This document shows, in pieces, positions 1-12,170 of a stretch of DNA of 64,000 nucleotides (position 1 is its first letter; each line of letters opens with the position of its first letter). Source of the DNA: Heteronotia binoei (Eukaryota); assembly GCF_032191835.1 (NCBI RefSeq), contig NC_083225.1, positions 134,168,001-134,232,000 on the forward strand, read 5' to 3'. The notes below the pieces were generated by a model. The model did not search any database and was not told the DNA's origin. It saw nothing but the letters and a program-made list of their open reading frames with translations. The translations under genes and the position numbers were made by a program.

Positions 1-135
1 TTTCAAGGCAAGAGACATTCAGAAGTGGCCTGCCATTGCCTGCCTCTGTATAGCAATTCTGGTATTTCTTGATGGTCTCCCATTCAAATATTGACCAAGG
101 TGGACCCTGTTTAACTTCTGAGATCTGATGAGTAG
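1..135 (-). mobile_element. 5S rRNA-derived SINE fragment with RTE/BovB-like tail
   Basis: ggtctcccattcaaatattgaccaaggtggaccctgtttaacttctgagatctgatgag matches the reverse complement of 5S rRNA; similar copies at about 7000 and 22740. Confidence 0.7.
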
Positions 136-666
136 CGATGGGTATGAATCAGGACAATGTGGCTCAGTTTGGTTCATGGCAAGTGTGATTTGCGAACCAC
201 AGATAATCATGAACTTTTTTGTGCTAGACAAACTGGTTTGGTTTGTGAAGATTGTGAAGCTGTAGAACACCACCCCCCCCCCCCCAAGTGTGCAAGAGGC
301 ACCAGACTCACAGGGGATAACTGTCCGACACCCCTTTACCTGTCCTGCAAATTTGGTGAGGATTGGATTCATGGGGTCCAAGTTATGCCCCCCCCCCAAG
401 AAGGGGCCCCCATCCTCTGTTGTTTCCAATGGAGGGAAAAAACAGCCGAAAAAGCAAGGCCATCAGAAAGCAGCAGAACAGAATAAAGAATTTCTGCAGT
501 AGAAACTGAAGGTGGTGGTAGGGCATTTTTTGCAGGCCCAGCAGAACCAGTGACACTATGCCAGTGCAAACCCAACAGGACTAAGGCTTTTGGAGGAAAG
601 CCTTTTTTGGAGGAAATGCCAGGCACAGGTTCAGAAGTGTATAGAATGGACCCCCTGCAAGCTACA

Positions 667-1169
667 TAGGGTTGCCAGGTCCAACTCATGAAATATCTGG
701 GGACTTTGAGGGTGGAGCCAGAAGACGTTGGTGGTGGAGCCAGGACCAAGGTTGTGACAAGCATCATTTAAATCCAAAGGGTGTTCTGGCCATCACATTA
801 AAGGAACCATGCTCCTTTTAAATGCCTTTCCTTCACTGGAAATAATGGAGAATAGAGGCACCTTCTTTTGGGGCTCATAGAATTGGATCCCCTAGTCCAA
901 CCTTTTTGAATCTTGGGGGGGGGGGCTTAGGAGAGGCACCAGATGCTATGCTGAAAATTTGGTGCCTCTACCGCAAAAAACAGCCCCACCCCACCCCAGA
1001 TACCCACAGAGCAAGTCTCCATTATATCCAATGGGGATCAGTCTCCATAGGGTATAATGGAGGGCTCAGCAAATATTCCCCCCTCTGCTGCTTTCTGATA
1101 TCCCTAAAGTGGAGGGAGGGCCTCCAAACCAGGGGATCCCCTGTCCCCAACTGGGAATTGGCAATCCTA
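667..1169. mobile_element. Non-autonomous hAT MITE (Blackjack-like TIR TAGGGTTGCCA)
   Basis: TIRs tagggttgcca / tggcaatccta; 8-bp TSD aagctaca / aagctgca; same family at 2936 and 30430. Confidence 0.85.
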
Positions 1170-1288
1170 AAGCTGCACACAGCAAACACACAAGGATCTT
1201 GCTGCTTGCTCCTCTACAATTTCTCCGAGTTGGGAGCAGATTATGCACTCTCAGTCCCACCCCCCACTCTCCAAAGGCAGGTCTGAAG

Positions 1289-1606
1289 GACAGAAAGGCA
1301 GACATCTTCAGTGTTTTCACAGGGACTCCCCAAAGTTAGCCCATGACAGCTTGGCAGGCACCCCAGCCCCACCAGATCAGTGGAAATCAGTTTTCCATTT
1401 AAGGTGATTACTGATATAATGACAGAAAGGTTGACATGACAAGAGACTTCTGACAGGGGATCCCCAAAGTTATCCCATGACAGCTTCTCAAGTGCCCCTT
1501 CCCCACTGGACCAGTCGAAGTTCACAGGTTTTCCTGTTTACAGTGATTAGTGACGCCGGGTATGACAGAAAGGTAGACATCCAAGGGCTCCCCAAAGTAA
1601 CCCCAT
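1289..1606. repeat. Degenerate tandem repeat, about 2.4 units of 132-143 bp
   Basis: gacagaaagg...ccccaaagt..cccatga units start at 1289, 1421 and 1564. Confidence 0.8.
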
Positions 1607-1877
1607 GATTTCAGGCTAACAAAACATGGTTTCAATCATACTGGAGGCACGGGGACCAAGGTGCTCAGAGAAAGGAATATTTACAAATCACCTCCTCAGT
1701 TTAGCTGTGGCCAGAACATTCAGCCTGCCAAGTATAAAGGCACAGTGGTTGCTGGGAATACTGCTTAGTCTGCCTTCATCTTCTGAAAATGAATTACAAA
1801 TTTTTATTGAAAGGCATTGGGAAGAGGAGGCGGATGGCTACTTTAAACATTGCCCCCATCAATGGCCAGGAGGGACC

Positions 1878-2033
1878 NNNNNNNNNNNNNNNNNNNNNNN
1901 NNNNNNNNNNNNNNNNNNNNNNNNNNNNNNNNNNNNNNNNNNNNNNNNNNNNNNNNNNNNNNNNNNNNNNNNNNNNNNNNNNNNNNNNNNNNNNNNNNNN
2001 NNNNNNNNNNNNNNNNNNNNNNNNNNNNNNNNN
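1878..2033. other. Assembly gap (156 N)
   Basis: N run. Confidence 1.
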
Positions 2034-2265
2034 TATATCTTACCCTTCACTCTGAAGCTCAGAGTGTCTCACAATCTCCTTTACCTTCCACAACAGACAC
2101 CCTGTGAGGTGGGTGGGGCTGAGAGAGTTCTCCCATAAGCTACCCTTTCAAGGACAACTCTGTGAGAGCTATGGCTTTGCCAAGGCCATTCCAGCAGCAG
2201 CAAGTGGAAAATCAAACCTGGTTCTCCCAGATAAGAGTCTGCACACTTAACCACCACACCAAACT
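2034..2265 (-). mobile_element. tRNA-derived SINE with L2-type tail (Squam3-like)
   Basis: cacaacagacaccctgtgaggtgggtggggctgagag...accaccacaccaaact; same family in + orientation at 44240. Confidence 0.75.
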
Positions 2266-2570
2266 AATAGAAATAAAGTGCATAATTGTATAATCCCAAA
2301 ACCATGTCCCCCACCCAGTTTCTGGGAAAATTGTCTTCCACAAAACAGTCCCTGGTGCCACAAAGGTTGGGGACCACTGCTCTACATTATTCCCCTCCTC
2401 TGTGTAATTTTGTGATTTTAGTAGGCCATAATCTGGTTTAATTGTTTTATTTGCAGTGATCTTTTGAATGTTTTAAATTCTAATTGTAGTTTCTTCCTTG
2501 GAATTCAAGAGAACAATTTAAGAGAATTTACTGTACATAATTTTTAAAACAATATATATTTTTAATACAG

Positions 2571-2683
2571 CAAACGAGAACTTAGGATGAGGAAACTAGA
2601 TAGCACCAAGGTGCGGCCCATGAAATCGGAACAACTTCTCCGTATAGAAGACCATGATTTTGCACTGAGGCCTAGCTTTGGAG
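2571..2683 (+). CDS. GABRR3: GABRR3 exon, N-terminal domain (KRELRMRKLDSTKVRPMKSEQLLRIEDHDFALRPSFG)
   Basis: taatacag|C..., ...GGAG|gtaaga; 113 bp, phase 2 to phase 1. Confidence 0.92.
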
Positions 2684-2935
2684 GTAAGAGTTGATGCATT
2701 TGTTTTTCCATGCTAGTTAATTGTTTCTCCTTGTGTTTCTTCTTGCAACTCAGTCCCCAGCCAACTAGGTCATTTAAAAATGAGATAACATGTTTTAACT
2801 GTATGATGCACTGCTTTCTCCATACTTTAAACTGAAAACATTAGACGACACATGCATTGGCATAACAGACCTAAGAAAAATTACACCCTTGTAAGACTAC
2901 TGAAGTTACTATTAGTATTACACAAGAATCTAATT

Positions 2936-3425
2936 TAGGGTTGCCTGGTCTGATTCAAGAAATATCTGGGGACTTTGGGGGTGGAGCCAAGAGCAAGGGT
3001 GTGTGTGACAAACATGACTAAACTCCAAAGGGAGTTCTTGCCATCACATTTAAAGGGACCTCACACCTTTCAAATGCATTCCCTGCTTTTGGAAATAATG
3101 GATGGGGCACCTTCTTTTGGGGCTTATAAAACTGGACCCCCTAATCCAATCTTTTTGAAACTTTTTTTTGGGGGGGGGGTTTGAGGAGAGGCACCAGACA
3201 CAATGCTGAAAATTTGATGCCTCTACTTCAAAAAACAGCCCCCCAGCCCCAGATACCCACAGATCAATTCTCCATTATACCCTATGGGAATTGGTCTCCG
3301 TAGGGTATAATGAAGTGCCCAGAAGACATTTCCCTCTCCCCCTCTGCTTTCTAATAACCCTGACGCGGGGAGAAGGCCTCCAAACCTCCAATCCCCTGCC
3401 CCAAAACTGGGGATTGGCAACCCTA
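2936..3425. mobile_element. hAT MITE, same family as 667-1169
   Basis: tagggttgcc...tggcaacccta; collinear with the 667 copy; no TSD seen. Confidence 0.85.
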
Positions 3426-3738
3426 ATGATTCCCCCTCCCCCACTATTTCCTCTTTCCCTTTTCTGAAAGACCCCGTAGCCTGTCCCTTTTCCTGCTTTC
3501 TTCTCTCCTTCCCATCCAACAGCCAGCCTACATGTATGTGCTCCTCTGTATACAGCTTTCCCTCTCCCTCCACTCCAGCAGCTGCTACCTTGGAAAACTA
3601 TAGTCCAATTCTGGTGGCCACTGGCCACTGAGCCAGGATCAGTGAGATTGTAGGAAATCCTCAAGGACTTGTGAGGGGGCACTTCCCTTTACTCTGTGTT
3701 TCCTCTTTCCCTCCTCCTGCCAACCCCCATATCCTCTC

Positions 3739-4015
3739 TGTAATGTACTCAGTGACGAGACGTGTTGAAGGCAACATACTTTATTAGCTGGTACATCACA
3801 AGAGATCGAAACGTGGTCCGGGTCCCAATTATATACATGCCCCGGAACAACCCTCCATCTGACCAGGTCCAATCCTGGCCAGTTAAACTTCCCGCCACAG
3901 ATCTTGATAGGTGGAGTGTATTAGCGAGCTACATCCGGGGACCAGTGGGTTTCCCCTGGTCGCCTCTGTAGTGTTCACTGTGTTATACCCGAAGACTTGG
4001 ATGCAATACATAACA
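3739..4015 (-). mobile_element. Solo LTR, 277 bp
   Basis: TG...CA termini (TGTAATGTA / TACATAACA); perfect 5-bp TSD CTCTC; minus-strand TATATAA (3829-3835) and AATAAA (3780-3785). Confidence 0.85.
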
Positions 4016-4217
4016 CTCTCCCTGTTCCCTGCCTCATTCTCGCCTTCTTAGCCATTCACCAGCCTATGTTTTATCTACCTCCCATCCTCAGATATATTTA
4101 TTACTTATTTACTTCAATTATACCTCACCTTCCTCTGTGTTAGGGACCAAAGCAGCTAAAGTTATTCTCCTCTCCTCTTTTTCAATGAAAGTACTTGACT
4201 AACCTAAAATCACCCAG

Positions 4218-5510
4218 TGAGGCACTCCAAAGGGATCTGTCGAGGCTGGGTAAGTGGACGTCAACGTGGCAGCTGAGGTTCAATGTGGCCAAGGGCAAAG
4301 TAATGCACATTGGGGCCAAAAATCCTAGCTATAAATACAAGTTGATGGGTTGTGAACTGGCAGAGACTGACCAAGAGAGAAATCTTGGGGTCGTGGTAGA
4401 TAACTCAGTGAAAATGTCAAGACAGTGTGTGATTGCAATAAAAAAGGCCAACGCCATGCTGGGAATTATTAGGAAGGGAATTGAAAACAAATCAGCCAGT
4501 ATTATAATATTCCTGTATAAATTGATGGTGTGGCCTCATTTGGAGTACTGTGTACAATTCTGGTCACCACCTCTCAAAAAAGATATTATAGCATTGGAAA
4601 AAGTGCAGAAAAGGGCAACTAGAATGATTAAAGGGTTGGAGCACTTTCCCTATGAAGAAAGGTTAAAACGCTTGAAGCTTTTTAGCTTCGAGAAATGTCA
4701 ACTGTGGGGTGAAATGTCACACATGATAGAGGTTTACAAGATTATGCATGGGATAGAGAAGGTAGAGAAAGAAGTACTTTTCTACCTTTCTCACAATTCA
4801 AGAACTTGTGGGCATTCAATGAAATTGCTGAGCAGTCAGGTTAGAACTGATAAAAGGAAGTACTTCTTCACCCAAAGGGAGATTAGCATATGGAATTCAC
4901 TGCCACAGGAGGTGGTGGCGGTTACAAGCATAGACAGCTTCAAAAAGGGAATGGATAAGCATATGAAGCAGAGGTCCATCAGTGGCTATTAAAGTAAAAA
5001 GGTAGTTGCCTGTGCAAGCACCAGTCGTTTTCGACTCTGGGGTGACCTTGCTTTCACAACATTTTCACGGCAGACTATTTATGGGGTGGTTTGCCATTGC
5101 CTTCCCCAGTCATCTACACTCCCCCCCCCCCCCGCAGCAAGTTGGGAACTCATTTTACTGACCTCGGAAGGATGGAAGGCTGAGTCAACCTGGAGCTGGC
5201 TACCTGAACCAGCTTCCACTGGGATCGAACTCAGGTCGTGAGCAGAGGGCTCAGACTGCAGTACTGCAGCTTTACCATTCTGCGCCATGGGGCTCTTCAG
5301 TGCCTATTAGCCATAGCTTATTGTTGGAACTCTCTGTCTGGGGCAATGATGCTCTGTATTCTTGTGTTTGGGGGGGGGCACAGTGGAAGGGCTTCTAGCC
5401 CCTCTGGTGGACCTCTTGATGGCACTTGGGTTTTTTGGCCACTGTGTGACGCAGAGTGTTGGACTGGATAGGCCACTGGCCTGATCCAACATGGCTGCTC
5501 TTATGTTCTT
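4218..5510 (+). mobile_element. 5'-truncated CR1 LINE (RT C-terminal region plus 3' UTR), interrupted by a SINE
   Basis: ORF 4195-4992 (WQLRFNVAK, HLEYCVQFWSP, WNSLPQEVV); ends ...gctcttatgttctt. Confidence 0.92.
4992..5296 (-). mobile_element. Sauria-type SINE, near full length
   Basis: tRNA-like head (RC gggatcgaactcagg), RTE-like tail; 13-bp TSD tcagtggctatta / tcagtgcctatta. Confidence 0.85.
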
Positions 5511-5848
5511 GTGTTCACAGGAAGATGGGGATTTGAACCATGCTGCTACACCACAATGTCTTTCATAGGGTGGCTGCCGTTGAACAGTAGAAAGCTGCTA
5601 TAGTTGGGTCATGCAAATCCAGTGGTATCAAGTCACCCAACAGCTGCTTCTAGGCCTACATTGCCAGGCTCCAGGTGGAACCTGGAGGACCCCCCCACAC
5701 ACACATTTACAACATTTCCAGATGACAGAGATGTGTTCTCCTGGAGAAAATGGCTACTTTGGAGAGTGGACTCCTGCTATTATATCCAGCTGAGGCCTCT
5801 CGCCGCCCCAAACCCTGACCTCCTCAGAATCCATCCCAAAATCTCTAC

Positions 5849-6449
5849 CAGGGTGTCAAACATGTGGCCCAGGGGCTGAATCAGGCCCCCAGAGGGCTTC
5901 TATCAGGCCCCTGAGCAACTGGCTGTCATCTGTTTCCTTCTCCCTCTCTCTTGCTTTCTTCTGCATCACAGCTTGCTTTGCCAGGTTTGCTCAATCGTAC
6001 AGGAGCTACAGAGCAAAGTCTCTATTTTTTTCTATTGGCTGAGATTCCTCCCTTGGGGAGGAAGGGGGTAAGGCAGAGTTTGCATTGCACAGCAGACCTA
6101 CTGAGTCAAGCCTCTCTTCCTTCTATTGGCTGAGTTTCCTCCATCTCCTGGTCCCCTGGGGAAGGAAGGAAAGAGTCAGAGCTTCCTTTGCCCAGTTCCC
6201 TGAATTCCATGGGAGAGATACAAAGAAAGCACCTTTAAGACCAATGAGTGCTAGTGTTTTAAACATGTTTTATTTTAAGGGTTTTTTTTAAAAAAAATCT
6301 TTGTGTTTGTTTGTGTCCATTATAAAATTTATATCTCTGCTACCTAATCATAAATAGGTACAAACATGGCCCAGGCTGACATGGCCTGGCCCAACAAGGT
6401 CTCACTGAACCAGATCTGGCCCTCATGACAAATGAGTTCGACAGCCCTG
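5849..6449. mobile_element. hAT (Charlie-like) MITE
   Basis: cagggtgtcaaac ... gagttcgacagccctg TIR pair; no TSD. Confidence 0.7.
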
Positions 6450-6994
6450 TTCTAGTAATTCTATGGATTTGGCAAACCTAGCCAGGTCTGGCCCTGATGC
6501 ATCCTCTTTCAAAGGCCAAAACAGCCCTGGAAAGGACCCTGCCCCTCCCATGCCTTTTACACACTGAAACTCAGCCTGGAATGCAATGGTTGCCTAGCAA
6601 CAGCCACTAAGGGAATCTGCCTGTTAAGGCTACAGGTGTTTCTTTTGTCATTTGGATTTTTTTTTTTTAAAAAAAACACCCAATGTAATTTTTTTTAAAT
6701 TTCAGATTTTCCTGCACACCTGGAACATTTTTGTAGAAAGATGTGTCTTGCCAGTTCACAGCTCCAATCCCACTTGTGGGAAAGGGTGGAATATAAGTCA
6801 AACAAACAAACAAACAAACAAACAAACATATACATCACTGGTTTTAAGCATCCTCAGTTTTCACTGACTTTGCTATTAGAAAGATTAAAAAGGAATTGCA
6901 TAAATTATTATCAACTCATTTTATTTTATTTTTGCTGTTACAGATAGTGTTATTATTTGAAGGCAATACAATTACTTATATTACATAGTATAGG

Positions 6995-7380
6995 GGGGTG
7001 GCTTTTGCTGTCAAGTTACAGCTGACATGGTGACTTCATGGGGGTTTTAAGTCACAGCTAACTTAGGTTTTAAGGCAAAAGACATTCAGATGTGATTTGC
7101 TATTGTTGGCCTCTGTGTAGTGACCCTGGCAATCCATGGTAGTCTCCAATGTTCCCTCTCAACTATGGAGTCTTGTGAGGAAAAATTCTACTTCATGAAC
7201 CAGTAACACTAAAGTTGTGAGCTACTGTATAAATTGGTTTGCTCTGGGGCCATTTTTCCTGAGCTAAAACAAAAATGTGTGAGCCAGAGGCTAAAAACTG
7301 TGAGCTAGTTTACACTAACTCAGCTTAGAGGGAACACAGGGGCTGACCCTGATTAGCTTCCATGGTCTGACAAGACCACG
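6995..7380 (-). mobile_element. 5S-derived SINE split by a hAT MITE (7147-7339)
   Basis: SINE halves ggtagtctc | gggctgaccctgattagcttcc; MITE TIRs caatgttccctctcaact / cagcttagagggaacacag. Confidence 0.65.
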
Positions 7381-9237
7381 TAAGCCTAAAAGGCTATAGC
7401 AATTACTAAATTACTGGAAATGAGCAAATTTCTTTTGGGGTATTTAAAGGAGTGATCACTTCCTGATTCTGTCAAATTGGCATAAGAAAAAGAAATTGAA
7501 ATCTACTCTCAAATGATAACTATTGGTGTTCAGCTGGCTGCTTTATTTTGCTCCACGATTTTGCTTCCTCCAGTTTTGCTTCACTTCATTGCACTTGAAT
7601 GATACAAGCATTAGGTGTGAAATTAATAATTTGCATATCTAGATATAGGGATTCTTCATAGGGATGATATAAAAAAGGTAATTTATATTGGTTCTAGTCA
7701 TTAAATAGATATTTATCAGTTATATTTCTATCTTGCCCTTCTTCCAAGAAACTCAGGGTAATATACGCGATTCTCCTCTCTGTCATTTTATCCTCACAAC
7801 AACTCTGTGAAATAGGTTAGGCTGAGAGGCAAGGCAGGATGGTCCAGGATCACCTAGTTAGCTTTAATGTAGGGATCTGAACCTGGGTTTTACCACTCCA
7901 GCATTCTGCTACAGCTTATGTATTGCATTTGTATCTGCCCATGTGTCTTCAGAGTTGCTCAGAAAGTGTACATGGAGAACCTGTCTATCTTACCTCCTCC
8001 TATCATTTCAAGAATGTGCAAAACGTTGCAAGAGCAACTAACCTCAGTATGCTGTGCTGGTCATTCACATAACAGGATTGGCTTGGCTAGGACCTTTAAT
8101 TCTAATCTTTTCAGTCACATAGAATTGTTGACATGGGATAACAAGTCAGAATCTTTTATCCTGATATTTTGGAGCAGCACAGTTCTGGGAATTAGTCATG
8201 TTATTCTGTTGCAGCAAAGATAAAAAGGGATCTTGTGGCACTTTGAAGCCCAGCATTATCTTCCATGGGCTCTTGTCATGAGATTTATGATGGAATGTAA
8301 CTTTGTTAGTCTTCAGGATGCCACAAGATTTTGGAAGGAATATACTATGTGCTTTTTGTGATCATATCATTAAAATTGATACCCAGATCTTATATCCCAG
8401 TATCAGAATACTTAGGTAGAATATGATTTAAATCTTCTGACAGGAACTGGATACATGCAAATTAGATATTAAGGCTACAGCTGAATAATTCCATTCAAAT
8501 CAAAGTAATGCAATTACCTGTCTCTGTGTCTTGGTTTTCCTCAGTTATTAATGAGATGATGAGTTACAATAATTAATTGTTTACCAATCTTAAACAGCAA
8601 TGAAATGGCTGAGATTAAAAATGTCACAGTCTGTGTATGACCTGGTTTAAAAAATTATATAACATCCATCTGTTTCTATTATATTCCTTATAGACCATCT
8701 AGGAAAGCAAACAGAATTTTCCTAATACAGAAAATTTTCAAATACAGAAAATGTAGAAATAAGTTCCATACTTGTTGGTAAATTTTCTTAAATATTACTT
8801 ATAAATCATTCTCTAAAATGATGTTGTGGAAATAGGAGACTATTCCTTTATAACAAAACTTGTTTTTTCCCTTGTAGTTATATTGGATTAGATATGTGAA
8901 GAAAGAACAATGTTTTTCTTAGTGATTTAGAAGTCTTGGCACTTGATTTTTAATCTAGAAGTCTTTGGACATTTTTATATAGATGAACACATAATCAAAT
9001 CATTAAAAAGATGGTAGCTGAGATCCAAAACAAGGAATGTAATAGGACAGATTACAAAATGTTGGTCTCAATAACTTTTGTTATCTAATAGTGCCTATTT
9101 TCTGAATTATCTACTTCACATTTAAAAAAAAACAGAAAGAGAATATATATTCTAATGGAACACAAGATTATTATAACTTTTAGTTAAACAAGAGATCCAT
9201 GTCATTTGATTTGTCTGTTTTGTTTCTGTACTCTCAA

Positions 9238-9264
9238 ATGCATAACTATTTTATACATGCATAA

Positions 9265-9306
<42 letters not shown>

Positions 9307-9333
9307 TTATGCATATATACAATAGTTATGCAT
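9238..9333. repeat. 96-bp AT-rich near-perfect palindrome centred on (TA)n
   Basis: 33-bp arms 31/33 complementary plus a 30-bp self-complementary (TA)15 core. Confidence 0.92.
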
Positions 9334-11699
9334 ATATATAACCTTCCAAGGTTGTTTTAAAGACTGAAATGTGTAGTATGTTGGTAGCTGTCCTTTGAAT
9401 GCTAATTTTGACAGGAAACACAAGATGTCAAAGCAGAATGATTAAAGTGCCAACATAGGACAATCAACACAAGACACATTTTGTCATTCTTCTTTTGAGA
9501 ATACTGCATATCTCCCCCCCCCCCCAATTTGTAAAACTAATGATTCTAGGTCAAAATTCATAGAAATACAATTATTTTGGTGTTTTTTTACTTGGCCAGT
9601 GGTTTGGATCTTCATTTATTTAGAGATCAATTTAATGTGTGAAATGTTACCTATAAATTATCAATAGATCAATATTATTCAAGATTTATTTGAACTTTGA
9701 CACCATGTTTTTGTTCTACATGTGACTATTATGGCACTTTGAAAATCCTATTGTTTCAAACAACCAAGAGTTAGAAAGAAAGGACAGCATTTAGTCTCTA
9801 AAAAACAGTATGGCCAATTCCCCCCCACAAACAAGAATACAAAAAGTCCCCCCCCCAGCTTTTCCTGCCCTCTCCACCCCACCACCCGTCACTGAGTCTC
9901 TGAGGACAGGGCAAATACTGACACTGACACTGCAACACTGACACTGTTGCTATTCCAGTGCTAGAACTATACCTTACTAATTGACAGTTATTGTTTCACT
10001 ATGAATAAGGTCTGTTGTGAGGAAAAATACAATGTGCTCTAGAAAGAGGCTCTGGACAAGTGCCCTTCCCCTTGGTGTCTTTCTACTTCCTTCAACTACC
10101 ACCCACCCACCACCTCTTCATTTCAACACCCTTGGCACTCCACTACTCTCCAAACCCATGACATTCACTCACCCCCACCCGTGCTGTTTTCCCACCCACC
10201 TGAAACAAATGCCTGCTCCCCCCACCCCCAACATGTGTTTGTGTGTCCCTGTGTCTGCAGTGGCTCAAAGCCCTGAAAGAGGCCAAGAATGGAGATAAGG
10301 AAGAATAATTATAGGGGGATGTGGGGGTGGCATGATGACAGCATTCCTTTTGGTTGCTCAGCATTTCTTTTGGTTGCAGTGCATTGTTGTTGCCTTTTCT
10401 TGTCATAGACAGCCTTGCAGTGTTTAGTATCAGTGTGAGCTTGTGGTGTGATCTGGGCTTTTTTTGCCTGGCATGGTTGTGTTATGGTATACCACAAAAT
10501 ATGCACCTCAAGACAGCCATTTTCTGTAGGAGAATTGATTTGACTTCATCTTTCCATCTCCTCCCCATCCCTGAAGCCTCTACCTAGGAAAAGTACAGTC
10601 TTTCTCCACAGTGGGCCCCAAAGCAAACCTGACCTCAGCAGCATGTAATGACACAGAGTCCACCCTGCAAAGCAGCCATTTTCTCCAGGGGAGCTGAACT
10701 CTTCCATCTGGAGAGCAGTTGTAATTCTGAGGGATTTCCAGCCCTCACCTGGAGATTCATTACAAGAAACAAGCAACATAACTGTTATTTATTTATTTAT
10801 TTTAGTATATTTCTATTCTGTCCATTCCCTGTAGGGCTCAGGGCAGAGTACAACATATGATAAAACAATAAAAACATTCTATAAAATACAATAAAATACA
10901 ATAAAAACATTCTATAAACAGACAGTGCTGGCTGGGGAGGCCAACCAGATCAAGAATAGATGCCCACAGCCTCAGCTAAAACTGTGAAGTAAATAGGCTA
11001 CCATACTTTTTATATATAATTACTTATGAATTTACATACTTTTAAAATATAAAACTACTTTTAAATTTATAAATATCTTTGCTACAAAAATCCACAGTAA
11101 CAACCATAAGAAACAATTAAACCATTTTCAATAGAGCCCATAGTAATTTAGTAGCACAGCATACAAGTAACTAGAAGTGTTTCGTGTTGCCACTTCATCA
11201 GTATTGTTAATGTCTTTCTCTTGTTGAGCTGTATATAATGAAGGAGCAAGCCAGTTTCTTTTACTAAAAGCATGTACAAAGCATTCCATTTCATTGCTGG
11301 CCAAAACACTCTTCATACATACTGGATACAAGGACTGAGGCTTCATGAAGGAACCACCTTAAAAATACAAATAGCAAAATTCTGATAAAGGTTGTTATTG
11401 GACTAAGATGGTGCATTTTGGGGACCCAGGGATGAAATCAAAACTTTATCTCCAAGTTATTCAACTTAGCTATTACAGAGAACATATACCCTTAAAACTC
11501 ACCCATTGTTGCAATGTATTTTTCTATATGAAGCAAGCCAATTATTTCTCTTTTATCTGGTCCCACACTTTCAATTTTAAAGTTAGCATGATGCTCTCAA
11601 GTTGCAAGCAATGCAGCAATGAGACAAAATTTATAAATTTCTTATAAAGAGTAAGCCATTCTTCATTTCGAGCAGGAACAAAGCCTTTTCTTCTTATTG

Positions 11700-12170
11700 C
11701 TGGCCACCTGGAGATTGGCAATAATGGTTCCCCAAGAAGAAATGGCTGGTTTAGAGGGTGGAGTCTATGGCATTGTACCTGTCTGAGGCCCCATCCCTCT
11801 TCAAATCCACCCTCTCCAGGCTCCACCCCTCAAATATCCAGGAATTTCTCAACATGGAGTTGGCAACCCCATCTCCTTCTCAGCCAACCATCAACCTACC
11901 TTTATCTGCTCCTCTGACTTCAACTTTCCATCTCCTCCTCCCCCTTCTTGAAACCTCTATGTAGGAAAAGGACAGTCTCCACAGTGAGGACCAAAGCAGC
12001 TTACACGATTTTTCTCTCCCCCTTTTGATTTGTACAACAACTTTGAGAGGTAGGTTAGGCTGAAAGTCTGTGGCTGGTCCAAAATCACCCAGTCAACTTC
12101 CATAGCAAGAACCTGGGTCTGGGAGACCCTATTCTGAAGTTCTAACTCCTATGCCACACTGGCTGTCATA
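11700..12170. mobile_element. Composite of a short Blackjack-like MITE and an L2-tail SINE; collinear copy at 55826-56270
   Basis: Same order of blocks and a shared 28-nt exact junction segment cagccaaccatcaacctacctttatctg. Confidence 0.7.

Noticed and set aside
1-135. 5S rRNA gene
   Set aside because: Partial, diverged and fused to a retroposon tail, so it is a SINE.
19-1339. Cluster of 70-136 aa ORFs
   Set aside because: They overlap a SINE and a MITE and run through homopolymer tracts.
1626-2138. ORFs spanning N runs (also 13123-13359)
   Set aside because: Artefacts of translating assembly gaps.
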